A stretch of DNA of 63,725 nucleotides, counting the filler, from Octopus bimaculoides (taxonomy: Eukaryota), in the NCBI RefSeq assembly GCF_001194135.2. It is 10 parts of 9 records of this genome, joined end to end, with 100 filler letters (N's around TTAATTAATTAA, not from the genome) between each part and the next. Parts side by side here need not be neighbours in the genome. Positions count along the whole stretch, not along the records: positions 48,684 to 55,918 come from NC_068981.1; positions 56,019 to 60,137 come from NC_068982.1; positions 60,238 to 62,239 come from NW_026405588.1; positions 62,340 to 63,725 come from NW_026358517.1; 6 more parts are not named here. The stretch is one strand, 5' to 3'. A program made the translations under genes and the position numbers. The notes below the pieces were generated by a model. That model did not search any database. It saw only the letters and a list, made by a program, of their open reading frames with translations, and was not told where the DNA came from. The stretch's first letter is position 1. Each line of letters begins with the position of its first letter. Positions 52,322-63,725 of the stretch are shown here, piece by piece.

Positions 52322-54444
52322 NNNNNNNNNNNNNNNNNNNNNNNNNNNNNNNNNNNNNNNNNNNNNNNNNNNNNNNNNNNNNNNNNNNNNNNNNNNNNNN
52401 NNNNNNNNNNNNNNNNNNNNNNNNNNNNNNNNNNNNNNNNNNNNNNNNNNNNNNNNNNNNNNNNNNNNNNNNNNNNNNNNNNNNNNNNNNNNNNNNNNNN
52501 NNNNNNNNNNNNNNNNNNNNNNNNNNNNNNNNNNNNNNNNNNNNNNNNNNNNNNNNNNNNNNNNNNNNNNNNNNNNNNNNNNNNNNNNNNNNNNNNNNNN
52601 NNNNNNNNNNNNNNNNNNNNNNNNNNNNNNNNNNNNNNNNNNNNNNNNNNNNNNNNNNNNNNNNNNNNNNNNNNNNNNNNNNNNNNNNNNNNNNNNNNNN
52701 NNNNNNNNNNNNNNNNNNNNNNNNNNNNNNNNNNNNNNNNNNNNNNNNNNNNNNNNNNNNNNNNNNNNNNNNNNNNNNNNNNNNNNNNNNNNNNNNNNNN
52801 NNNNNNNNNNNNNNNNNNNNNNNNNNNNNNNNNNNNNNNNNNNNNNNNNNNNNNNNNNNNNNNNNNNNNNNNNNNNNNNNNNNNNNNNNNNNNNNNNNNN
52901 NNNNNNNNNNNNNNNNNNNNNNNNNNNNNNNNNNNNNNNNNNNNNNNNNNNNNNNNNNNNNNNNNNNNNNNNNNNNNNNNNNNNNNNNNNNNNNNNNNNN
53001 NNNNNNNNNNNNNNNNNNNNNNNNNNNNNNNNNNNNNNNNNNNNNNNNNNNNNNNNNNNNNNNNNNNNNNNNNNNNNNNNNNNNNNNNNNNNNNNNNNNN
53101 NNNNNNNNNNNNNNNNNNNNNNNNNNNNNNNNNNNNNNNNNNNNNNNNNNNNNNNNNNNNNNNNNNNNNNNNNNNNNNNNNNNNNNNNNNNNNNNNNNNN
53201 NNNNNNNNNNNNNNNNNNNNTCTCTAAACCTTTGTTTTTCTCAGTGTCTATCTCATTACTCCTCCTCATCCCTCGTTAATTTTCCTTTTTATTTCCAATC
53301 AACTGTTTCTATTTGTTTGCTTTTCACCCTTTTCCATCATTAATTCTCTCTTTCTCCCCCCACCACCTTCTCTCTCTGTTCAGCCCTTTTATTTCTCTCT
53401 TTCATCTGTTCCTCTTCTTTCTCTCTCCCCCTTATCTGTCTCCCTCTTTCTCTCTTCTTCTCCCTGTCCTCCCTCTCTCTTCATTTTCCCCTTCTCTATC
53501 TCCCTCTATCTCTCCTTTCTCTCTTTCTCTTCCCTTCCTCATCTCTCCCCTCTTCCCTCTCTCACAGTCTCTCCTCTCTCCCCCCCTCTCTCATTCTGAA
53601 GTATTATTGTTTTAACACTGAGGGAAAATTCAGTTCTAATGTTTTAAAAGTTTGAGGTTAAGAAATTAAGTAAATATGAAACTAATTGTTAACGGAAGAC
53701 ACATGGAATTAATTATGTTAACAGAATAAACATTGGCATATAAATACATAAACATTGGTTGTATGTTAACAGAATAAAAAACATGAATGTGTGTGTGTGT
53801 GTGTGTGTGTTTCTGTGTCCTGCCTACTCTTTCATGTTCCCCTGTCATACTAATACTTACCATTGCTTTCCATTGACTTCACCTCCACCCTTCTTCTATT
53901 CACTATAATCACCCCTGCGCGAAAGTGCATGGTTCAGTGGTTAGAGCATCAAGCTTACAATTGTGAGTTTGTGATTTTTGATTCTTGGACCAGGCTGCGT
54001 GTTGTGTTCTTGAGCAAGACACTTTATTTCATGTTGCTCCAGTTCACTCAGTTGTAGAAATGTGTTGCAACATCACTGGTGCCAAGCTGTATCAGCCTTT
54101 GCCTTTCCCTCGGATAACCTTGGTGTCATGGAGAGGGGAGGCTGGTATGCATGGGCGACTGCTGGTCTTCCATAAACAACCTTGCCCAGACTTGTCCCTC
54201 AGAGGGGAACTTTCTAGGTACAATTCTATGGTCTTTCATGACCAAATGGGGTCCTTCTCAATCACCCCTTACTCAATCATCTTGAGTAGCCATCTGCCAC
54301 TCTCCTCTCACCTGCCTGTAAATTTATCCCCTCTTCTCAATTCATTTTCTCTTACACTCATCTTCTTGTTCCTTGACAGAACACTCTGGCATTTTGTCAC
54401 CATCGTCATTGACTCCTTTCCAGTTATTTCTACCCACCCTTATA

Positions 54445-54830
54445 GTGGAGGCGCAATGGCCCAATGGTTTTGGGCAGCGGACTCGTGGTCATAGGATCGC
54501 GGTTTTGATTCCCAGACTGGGCGTTGTGAGTGTTTACTGAGCGAAAACACCTAAAGCTCCATGAGACTCCGGCAGGGGATGGTGGCGAACCCTGTTGTAC
54601 TCTTTCTCCACAACTTTCTCTCACTCTTACTTCCTGTTCCTGTTGTACCTGTATTTCAAAGGACCAGCCTTGTCGCACTCTGTGTCACGCTGAATATCCC
54701 TGAGAACTACGTTAAGGGTATACGTGTCCGTGGAGTGCTCAGCCACTTGCATGTTAATTTCACGAGCAGGCTGTTCCATTGATCAGATGAACTGGAACCC
54801 TTGATGTCGTAAGCAACGGAGTGCCATAGA
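54445..54830 (+). mobile_element. Full-length SINE family D with a 13-bp target-site duplication
   Basis: ACCCACCCTTATA at 54432-54444 and 54831-54843; tRNA-like head GTGGAGGCGCAATGGCCCAATGGTT...GGTTTTGATTCC. Confidence 0.9.
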
Positions 54831-55451
54831 ACCCACCCTTATATAATACAGTGGAGGTTATGGTCGCCTTGTATCTCTCCTCTGACAAGACACCTGTGTC
54901 TGTCCATCTTTCATATCTTAGCCTCTTAACACCTAGCATAAAACTACCTACCATTTTGGGTGAATTATGCCAGGTGTCGAAAGGCTGAGATATGAATAGG
55001 GGACAGCCACAAGTATCTTGTTATAGTAAAGACTCTAACCTTACTCAGTTGAAGGAACTTCTACTCTTTTCTTTGTCTTGCAAGTTGTCAACCTCACTAG
55101 TGTTGTGATAAAAAAGCACCTAGTATACTCTATAAAGTGGTCAATGTTAGGAAGGGCATCCAGCCATAGAAACTATAAGGTAAAGACTCCCTTTGTTTAT
55201 GAATGACCATGGGATTGCAGCTAGAAAGTTCCCCCTCCAAAGCACAAGTTGAGGCAAGGTTGCTTATGGAAGACCAGCAGTCCCCCCTGCATACCAGCCT
55301 CCCCTCTCCTCTCCACTAATGTTATCCAAGGGAAAGGCAAAGGGGCCGATACAGCTTGGCACCTGTGACGTTGCAGCTCATTCTACAGCTGAGTGAACCA
55401 GAGCAATGTGAAATAAAGTGACTTGCTCAAGAAAACAAAACAGAACCCGGT

Positions 55452-55682
55452 CTGGGTAGACAGAAACGTTAGCACGTCGGGCGAAATGCTTAGCGGTATG
55501 TCGTCTGCCGCTACATTCTGAGTTCAAATTCCGCCGAGGTTGACTTTGCCTTTCAGCCTCTTGGGGGGTCGATTAAATAAGTACCAGTTACGCACTGGGG
55601 TCGATATAATCGACTTAATCCGTTTGTCTCTCCTTGTTTGTATCCTCTGTGTGTAACCCCTTGTGGGCAGTAAAGAAATAAA
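55452..55682 (+). mobile_element. SINE family B copy abutting a minus-strand family C copy that lacks its head
   Basis: High similarity to 38595-38818, including the CCCCTTGTGGG.AGTAAAGAAATA tail. Confidence 0.85.
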
Positions 55683-56018
55683 CTAAAAAGGAAAAAGCCT
55701 GTTTTGTGTGTGGGGGTGTGTGTGGCCCCTCCACCATTATTTGATGACTGGTGTTGGTTTGTTTATGTCCCTGGTTCAGCAAAAGAGACCAATAGAACAA
55801 ATACCAGGTTTAAAAATAGAAATAAATATTGGGTGTAATTTGTATGACTAAAACCCTCCAAGGTGGTGCCTCAGCACGGTTGTAGTCCAATGAGTGAAGC
55901 AAGTAAAAGATAAAAGATNNNNNNNNNNNNNNNNNNNNNNNNNNNNNNNNNNNNNNNNNNNNTTAATTAATTAANNNNNNNNNNNNNNNNNNNNNNNNNN
56001 NNNNNNNNNNNNNNNNNN

Positions 56019-56077
<59 letters not shown>

Positions 56078-56649
56078 GCATTGAGTTGAATGCCCTTTTA
56101 TTATATTTTGAAAAATAACCAGCTGTGAATTGACGGGTGTGTGTGTATGTTGTGCTGAATGTCTTGTTGAAGAAAGAATTAAGATTCTCTTCTTTAGGTT
56201 AGATGTATTCTTTTGAGTGTCTCCACACGTGTGCACATGTGTGGTCACCAGTGTGTGTATGTGTGTGTGTTCACGTGTGTGTATTTCAGTATATGTGTGA
56301 GTGTGTTTGTGCGTGTATGTGAGTGTGTTTCTTGCGACATTTTCTTTTGTGTGTGTGATTGTGTGTATGTGAGTGTTTGTGTGTATGTTTGTGTATGTGT
56401 GTACAGAGTTGTGTGTGTATATTTGTGATGTTTTCTTTTTGTATGTGTATGTGTGAGTGTATGTGTGTATGTTTGTGTGTGTGTGATGTTTCTTTTTTGT
56501 GTATGTGTATATGTTTGTGTGTGTGTGTGTGCTGGCATATATGAATATTGAAAAAAGATTTAGGAAATGATGGGAAGTATTTTTCAAAATGATAATAACA
56601 CGTATAAAATTGTTTTTAAGTGTCTGTTCTTATTGATTGATTGTAGTTG

Positions 56650-57670
56650 GGTTTATATTTAATTGTGGTTTACACTTCTTGATAAATTGTCTTTATTCAG
56701 CTTTTGTTGTTGTTTGAAGAAATTTGAGCGCTTGCAGAGGGGAAATATTGTGAAATTTGGTAAGACCATTCCTGCACAGGTTGCAGTGTGACTGCTTAAA
56801 GGAATTTTCCTTGTCTTTCGTCTCAGATCTGTTGACGATGGGTCGTCATTCTGTTGCATAACGACACACCCGTCTGACCTATGTAATTATGTTGGCAACC
56901 ATTGCATGTGATTACGTAGATTAGGTTCACTGTGTTGCAGGTGAGATTGGACTTGACTTTGAAGATTTGGCTATATTTGAATTTAAATTATGGTTCCTGA
57001 ATTAGGTAACAGCAATTGCCGCAGTTTGTTCTCCTGCGTTTTGTGACCGTTGGGTTGAGGGGTTCCTTGAGCGTTTTTTCACCAGTGAGAATGAGTTTTA
57101 GTGTGTTGGGCTGCATTTTGCTTTTGCAAAGAAGATGGGGAGGTTTTCGTGGGTGTGATCAAATATTTCGGTGTTCCTGGGATTGAAGGTAGGCACGAAT
57201 GGTAAGACATTTTTCCTTCTTTTGTTTTTTGTTTTCCTAAGTTCATTGATATCCATTTCTTTAGCCTTGTTTATTCCGTTGGGGATTATGTCAGTTTGGA
57301 AGGCTTTTGGATGAGTGTGTACTTCAGTTCCTCTAGCCTTTGTTCATGTTTCAATAACTCTGATACTATGGTTCTAATTCATTTTGCCAGGTTGAAGGGA
57401 ATGTTCAGTTTGGTGTGTTTCAGGTGACATGATGTGAAGAGAAGTTATTGTTTGGAGTCGCTGGGTTTGTAGAATATATCAGTTTCTACTTTCCCGTCTT
57501 GGTTTTTGAAAAGAATATCCAGAAAAGCAAGTATTGGGGAGTTAAACTCCATTGTGAATTGGAAGTTATTGCTGAGGTTGTTTATCATATTTTTGAATTC
57601 AGTTAACTTCTCGACATTTTCCTGCCATAAAATAAAGCAATCATCCAGGTATCTTTTTCAATGGTCTCTG
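56650..57670 (-). mobile_element. Penelope-like retroelement fragment: RT C-terminal part, Cys-rich linker and GIY-YIG endonuclease (pseudogene)
   Basis: Minus frames: KRYLDDCFILW (YLDD at 57640-57651), FTME...LAFLDI...ETDIFYKPSDSKQ*LLFTSCHLKHTKLNIPFNLA, RRTNCGNCCYLI, NLIYVITCNGCQHNYIGQTGVSLCNRMTTHRQQI, and a terminal KPQLN. Stops and frameshifts present. Confidence 0.9.
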
Positions 57671-57718
57671 AGTTGTGTATGGAACGTGCCACCATACACA
57701 CACATATCTATCTGTCTA

Positions 57719-57769
<51 letters not shown>

Positions 57770-57770
57770 G

Positions 57771-57815
<45 letters not shown>

Positions 57816-58512
57816 NNNNNNNNNNNNNNNNNNNNNNNNNNNNNNNNNNNNNNNNNNNNNNNNNNNNNNNNNNNNNNNNNNNNNNNNNNNNNNNNNNNNN
57901 NNNNNNNNNNNNNNNNNNNNNNNNNNNNNNNNNNNNNNNNNNNNNNNNNNNNNNNNNNNNNNNNNNNNNNNNNNNNNNNNNNNNNNNNNNNNNNNNNNNN
58001 NNNNNNNNNNNNNNNNNNNNNNNNNNNNNNNNNNNNNNNNNNNNNNNNNNNNNNNNNNNNNNNNNNNNNNNNNNNNNNNNNNNNNNNNNNNNNNNNNNNN
58101 NNNNNNNNNNNNNNNNNNNNNNNNNNNNNNNNNNNNNNNNNNNNNNNNNNNNNNNNNNNNNNNNNNNNNNNNNNNNNNNNNNNNNNNNNNNNNNNNNNNN
58201 NNNNNNNNNNNNNNNNNNNNNNNNNNNNNNNNNNNNNNNNNNNNNNNNNNNNNNNNNNNNNNNNNNNNNNNNNNNNNNNNNNNNNNNNNNNNNNNNNNNN
58301 NNNNNNNNNNNNNNNNNNNNNNNNNNNNNNNNNNNNNNNNNNNNNNNNNNNNNNNNNNNNNNNNNNNNNNNNNNNNNNNNNNNNNNNNNNNNNNNNNNNN
58401 NNNNNNNNNNNNNNNNNNNNNNNNNNNNNNNNNNNNNNNNNNNNNNNNNNNNNNNNNNNNNNNNNNNNNNNNNNNNNNNNNNNTATTTATATATGTATGT
58501 GTGTGTGTGTAC

Positions 58513-58552
<40 letters not shown>

Positions 58553-59155
58553 GAGGGGAAAGTGAGAGAGAGAATGATAGTAGGAGGAAGGGATATTAGA
58601 AGAAGAAAGAGAGAACGAATTATCGGCACATAAAACTAAACGCTTTTTAATGCATAAGATCATGTTTGATCGTGTCTGGATTTGTGTATCTCAGTTTGTC
58701 TCTGGACTAAAAATAGAAAACCAGTTTCAGTCTATTGAAAGATTCATAAGTTGATCATATACGATAAACAGAAAATGGCTTCAAGCTAAGGATTAAAAAA
58801 AAAAATGAATAAGTAATGTCTGAATCCAAATCACGAATGACAATATCACAACAAAATCGATAAACATACTGTTCTAGAGTCGTACGTATGTCCCTGAAAA
58901 CTCATTGATCTGTTCATAGTTGCCCCAAGCAAGGCGGGGCTTGATGGCAGGAAGTGTGTATTGAAGTTTCCTAGTCATTGAAAGATCAATGACAACTGAT
59001 AAATACTTGTGTGAATGACGTCATTCTGAGGATCGCCAGTGTCATCGTTTCGTTATTGTTGAGGTTCTTGTTGTTGCTGTTGTCGTTATTCGTATTAAAA
59101 ATAACGAAACCCTTATATTCATTATTACACAATATAAAATCGATTACTACTACTA

Positions 59156-59225
<70 letters not shown>

Positions 59226-59249
59226 GTCTGAATGTTTTTTCATCATACT

Positions 59250-59655
59250 AGGAGCAGGAGTGGCTGTGTGGTAAGTAGCTTGCTTACCGACCACATGGTT
59301 CCGGGGTCAGTCCCACTGCGTGGCACCTTGGGCAAGTGTCTTCTACTATAGCCTCGGGCCGACCAAAGCCTTGTGAGTGGATTTGGTAGATGGAAACTGA
59401 AAGAAGCCTGTCGTATATATGTATATGTGTGTGTGTTTGTGTGTCTGTGTTTGTCCCCCTAGCATTGCTTGACAACCAATGCTGGTGTGTTTATGTCCCC
59501 GTCACTTAGCGGTTCGGCAAAAAGAGCCCGATAGAATAAGTACTAGACTTACAAAGAATAAGTCCCGGGGTCGATTTGCTCGACTAAAGGCGGTGCTCCA
59601 GCATGGCCGCAGTCAAATGACTGAAACAAATAAAAGAATAAAAGAGTAAAGAGTA
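59250..59655 (+). mobile_element. Full-length SINE family A (reference copy), downstream of an (ATT)n tract
   Basis: tRNA-like head, CCTTGGGCAAGTGTCTT segment, short internal (TA)(TG) microsatellite at 59415-59447, 3' half ending GGCGGTGCTCCAGCATGGCCGCAGTCAAATGACTGAAAC and a (TAAAAGA)-like tail. Confidence 0.9.
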
Positions 59656-59708
59656 TACTATGATAGGAATAGTTTCTCTTTTTATGCTCCATATTCGAGT
59701 TACCTCTT

Positions 59709-59771
<63 letters not shown>

Positions 59772-60051
59772 TCATCATCATCATCATCATCTTCATTATC
59801 CTCAAAGTAGCGAACTGGCAGAACGTCAGAGCGTCGGACTAAAATGATCAGTAGTATTTCTTTCGGCTCTTTATTTTCTTAGTTCAAATTTCGCCGAGGT
59901 CGACATTACCTTTCATCCTAACTAGCACGAGAAAATGAACGCCATTATTGAGATCGCTGTAAATGACTTAACCTTCCTCCTAAAACTGCTGGCCTTGTAC
60001 TAAAATGTGCAACAATCCTTCTTCTGCTCCCTCTTCTTCTTCTTCTTCTTC

Positions 60052-60135
<84 letters not shown>

Positions 60136-60237
60136 TTNNNNNNNNNNNNNNNNNNNNNNNNNNNNNNNNNNNNNNNNNNNNTTAATTAATTAANNNNNNN
60201 NNNNNNNNNNNNNNNNNNNNNNNNNNNNNNNNNNNNN

Positions 60238-60269
<32 letters not shown>

Positions 60270-61753
60270 GTGTGTTTGTAACTGCGTCTGTGTCTGTGTT
60301 TACATACACACACACACACATATATATGAGAGAAAGAAAGCGAGGCAAAGTGACAATCAGCGAGTGGAAAAGAGAGTGAGGGAGCAAGAGAGGAGATCGA
60401 ATATTACAGCAGCGGTACCTTCCCATGTGATTTCAGATGAAGCGTATGATGAGATTAAGATTGTTATGTCAGCATCATCCATCAAAGATGCCATCTTGCA
60501 GCGTTCAAAAGTTTACAGCATTTGTTGTTAGCGTTGTCTTTGGGTTGTTTTCTTGTTTTGTTTTTTTTGAGAGGAAGAGGAAGGGGAGTTATGCAACAGA
60601 GGAAATTGGTTACAACAAACAAGGATTTTGAAATGGAACCAAAGAAAACGAAAACAAAAAAATCTAATACAGTAAAAAGAAAAAAATACTACGTTCAAGA
60701 AAATATATTTGTGGCAGCGGTAATCATTATAGAAAGCAATAACGTAGAGAATGATTTGTTGCTGTTATTTCTTTCGATCTTTGTGAGTTATTTCAATGTT
60801 ATNNNNNNNNNNNNNNNNNNNNNNNNNNNNNNNNNNNNNNNNNNNNNNNNNNNNNNNNNNNNNNNNNNNNNNNNNNNNNNNNNNNNNNNNNNNNNNNNNN
60901 NNNNNNNNNNNNNNNNNNNNNNNNNNNNNNNNNNNNNNNNNNNNNNNNNNNNNNNNNNNNNNNNNNNNNNNNNNNNNNNNNNNNNNNNNNNNNNNNNNNN
61001 NNNNNNNNNNNNNNNNNNNNNNNNNNNNNNNNNNNNNNNNNNNNNNNNNNNNNNNNNNNNNNNNNNNNNNNNNNNNNNNNNNNNNNNNNNNNNNNNNNNN
61101 NNNNNNNNNNNNNNNNNNNNNNNNNNNNNNNNNNNNNNNNNNNNNNNNNNNNNNNNNNNNNNNNNNNNNNNNNNNNNNNNNNNNNNNNNNNNNNNNNNNN
61201 NNNNNNNNNNNNNNNNNNNNNNNNNNNNNNNNNNNNNNNNNNNNNNNNNNNNNNNNNNNNNNNNNNNNNNNNNNNNNNNNNNNNNNNNNNNNNNNNNNNN
61301 NNNNNNNNNNNNNNNNNNNNNNNNNNNNNNNNNNNNNNNNNNNNNNNNNNNNNNNNNNNNNNNNNNNNNNNNNNNNNNNNNNNNNNNNNNNNNNNNNNNN
61401 NNNNNNNNNNNNNNNNNNNNNNNNNNNNNNNNNNNNNNNNNNNNNNNNNNNNNNNNNNNNNNNNNNNNNNNNNNNNNNNNNNNNNNNNNNNNNNNNNNNN
61501 NNNNNNNNNNNNNNNNNNNNNNNNNNNNNNNNNNNNNNNNNNNNNNNNNNNNNNNNNNNNNNNNNNNNNNNNNNNNNNNNNNNNNNNNNNNNNNNNNNNN
61601 NNNNNNNNNNNNNNNNNNNNNNNNNNNNNNNNNNNNNNNNNNNNNNNNNNNNNNNNNNNNNNNNNNNNNNNNNNNNNNNNNNNNNNNNNNNNNNNNNNNN
61701 NNNNNNNNNNNNNNNNNNNNNNNNNNNNNNNNNNNNNNNNNNNNNNNNNNNNN

Positions 61754-61791
<38 letters not shown>

Positions 61792-63725
61792 TATAGTGTC
61801 ATTTGCATTTAAATTGCATAACAAATAACTGGTATTTATGGCATTTAGAACTCTCCGTGTGTATTCTTCTGTATCCAAAGTGAAAATTTGAGAACTATTA
61901 TCTTCTGAGTTTCCTTTGTTTGCAATCTACAATTGTGTATGTCAAAGAGTACATAAAAGAAGCAAAACAAAGCAGGCAATTCCATTTCTATGATATTCAG
62001 TTACATCAACTTACGAGCATTTCAATAACAGTTAATAACTATTAGTTATTTAAAATCGTACAAATCGATAGCATTGTCAAATCTTCTGAGAAGCGTAACT
62101 CTCATTGATAACTTCTAGTATTCATGGTAAACTGTCGACTGCGTTGATGTAATGACGTGTTTAATATTGCTTATTTGCATATATGTCTTGGCACATATTG
62201 TATATTTATATGTTCACACACACACACACACACACACACNNNNNNNNNNNNNNNNNNNNNNNNNNNNNNNNNNNNNNNNNNNNTTAATTAATTAANNNNN
62301 NNNNNNNNNNNNNNNNNNNNNNNNNNNNNNNNNNNNNNNTATATATATACACACACACACACATGTATATATACATGTGCATACACACACACACATATAT
62401 GTACCTATACATAAATACATATATTTAAATGAATTGTTCCATTGTAGATTCTGCAGATAGGAAATGCAAGAAAGAAAATAGCTAAAAAAGTGGATATTGT
62501 TGTCATAGAGTTCTTTTATAGAAAATTATGTAGTTCTTATAATTTTTTCTATAGGCAGCAGTACATTCTTCAGTTAGTGATTTCTAATATAAAGGTCCAA
62601 AATTTTAAGACGGACACTTTATTATTCCTGTAATTCAAACCCACTTCTTCGCTGATGAGTAAGTATTTTATCAAGTACGACTGACTAGTGAAGGATTAAG
62701 TTAAAAGTTCAACCTCTGCAAAATTTAGTTTACTATAAAGGGACGTAACTCTACCATCTTGCCAATTCACCACCCAGAATGAATAACAAGCTATTATTTT
62801 AAAACTATTATTAATACTACTTTCAATTATTAAACGAAATGGCGAACTCATTATTTGTATTATTATCAAATTTCACTAATATGATTCACTCCCACTTCCA
62901 TATGTCTTGTTTTTCAATTTTATAATTATTTATTTTATCTATTTTGTATTTCTTTAACCTTACAATTAACACTAGTAGACAGGATGGGTAGAATAAATTA
63001 ACAGGAATTTCTTTTATTTCTTTTTGTATATGTTTGTATGTGTGTATGTGTGTCTGTGCATGCTTCTGTGCGTATGTGTGTGTGTATCTCTGCCTATGAA
63101 TGGGCATATATGTGTGTGAATGAATGTGTGAATGAATGTATGTGCGTGTATTTTAAAAGTTCATTTAAATATTAAACAAATGAAAAATGTTTGTTTATTG
63201 AAATTAAAATCCCCAAATATTTACAGTAATGTATTTTAGTGAAGTTAGAATACACTGAAAAGAAAAGTTGTACTCGGAATAAAATTATTGGAAGCTATGT
63301 TGTATATGATCTTTTTTTAAAAATTGTTTTCCAAAATGATAAAAAAAAAAACAAACAAACAGGACATACACATACTCACAATACATACACATGCAACATG
63401 CAAATAATCAGACATACACACACAGACACACATACAAACATACATTGACATGCAGATTATATACACTTGAAAACATTGATGGATATTTATATATATTTTT
63501 TTTGTTCAAAAATGGATAGAAACACAAGTGTGTATATATATCTGCACAAGTGTGAAAATGCAAAAAAATGACTATATATATGTGTTTGAAACTACCAATA
63601 GTTTTCATCAGACAAATCATCTAAAAATAAAGTATCATATGCATAAACCCAACTTTATATATATATAATATATATATAATATATACATATATATACATAT
63701 ATATATATAATATATATATATATAT

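Larger units (their letters stand above)
1..63725. repeat. Window-wide dense microsatellites: (TA)n, (CA)n, (GA)n, (TATG)n, (TATC)n, (ATT)n, (GTA)n, (CAT)n, (GGT)n, (GAA)n
   Basis: Directly visible; most N gaps begin or end in such tracts. Confidence 0.95.

Noticed and set aside
63560-63616. Minus-strand CTGATGA-AAACTA-TTGG-TAGTTT-CAAAC...GTC, a hammerhead-like layout with a perfect 6-bp stem II
   Set aside because: The invariant G12 is C, and stem I forms only about 2 bp; it could be a dead relic or chance in AT-rich DNA.
305-63620. The large majority of listed ORFs (poly-YI, HT, CV, SL, ER, V, H, or X-filled)
   Set aside because: They are translations of microsatellites or run through N gaps; no domain-like sequence or splice-supported exon chain is visible.

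Overview
Gap-rich (roughly a fifth N), AT-rich, microsatellite-saturated eukaryotic DNA with no recognisable host protein-coding gene. Nearly every supplied ORF is a translation of simple repeats or N-runs. The repeat landscape resembles a coleoid cephalopod (Octopus-type) draft genome; this is my inference from memory, not a database match. Nine identical 100-bp spacers (44 N + TTAATTAATTAA + 44 N) show that the window is at least ten joined pieces, so long-range adjacency is unproven. Supported content: one intact tRNA-Leu(UAA); dozens of tRNA-derived SINE copies in at least six families (labelled A-F here); decayed Tc1/mariner transposons; a CR1/L2-group LINE 3' end; and a Penelope-like RT/GIY-YIG fragment. 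I found no clearly new multi-gene system. The best leads are structural: hammerhead-ribozyme-like motifs (one with an intact catalytic core at 40458-40560), a near-perfect head-to-head palindrome of two tRNA-like units, a second long palindrome, a 3' tail shared between the LINE and SINE family A, a head-to-tail SINE pile-up, and a minisatellite whose single-unit precursor lies about 300 bp upstream.
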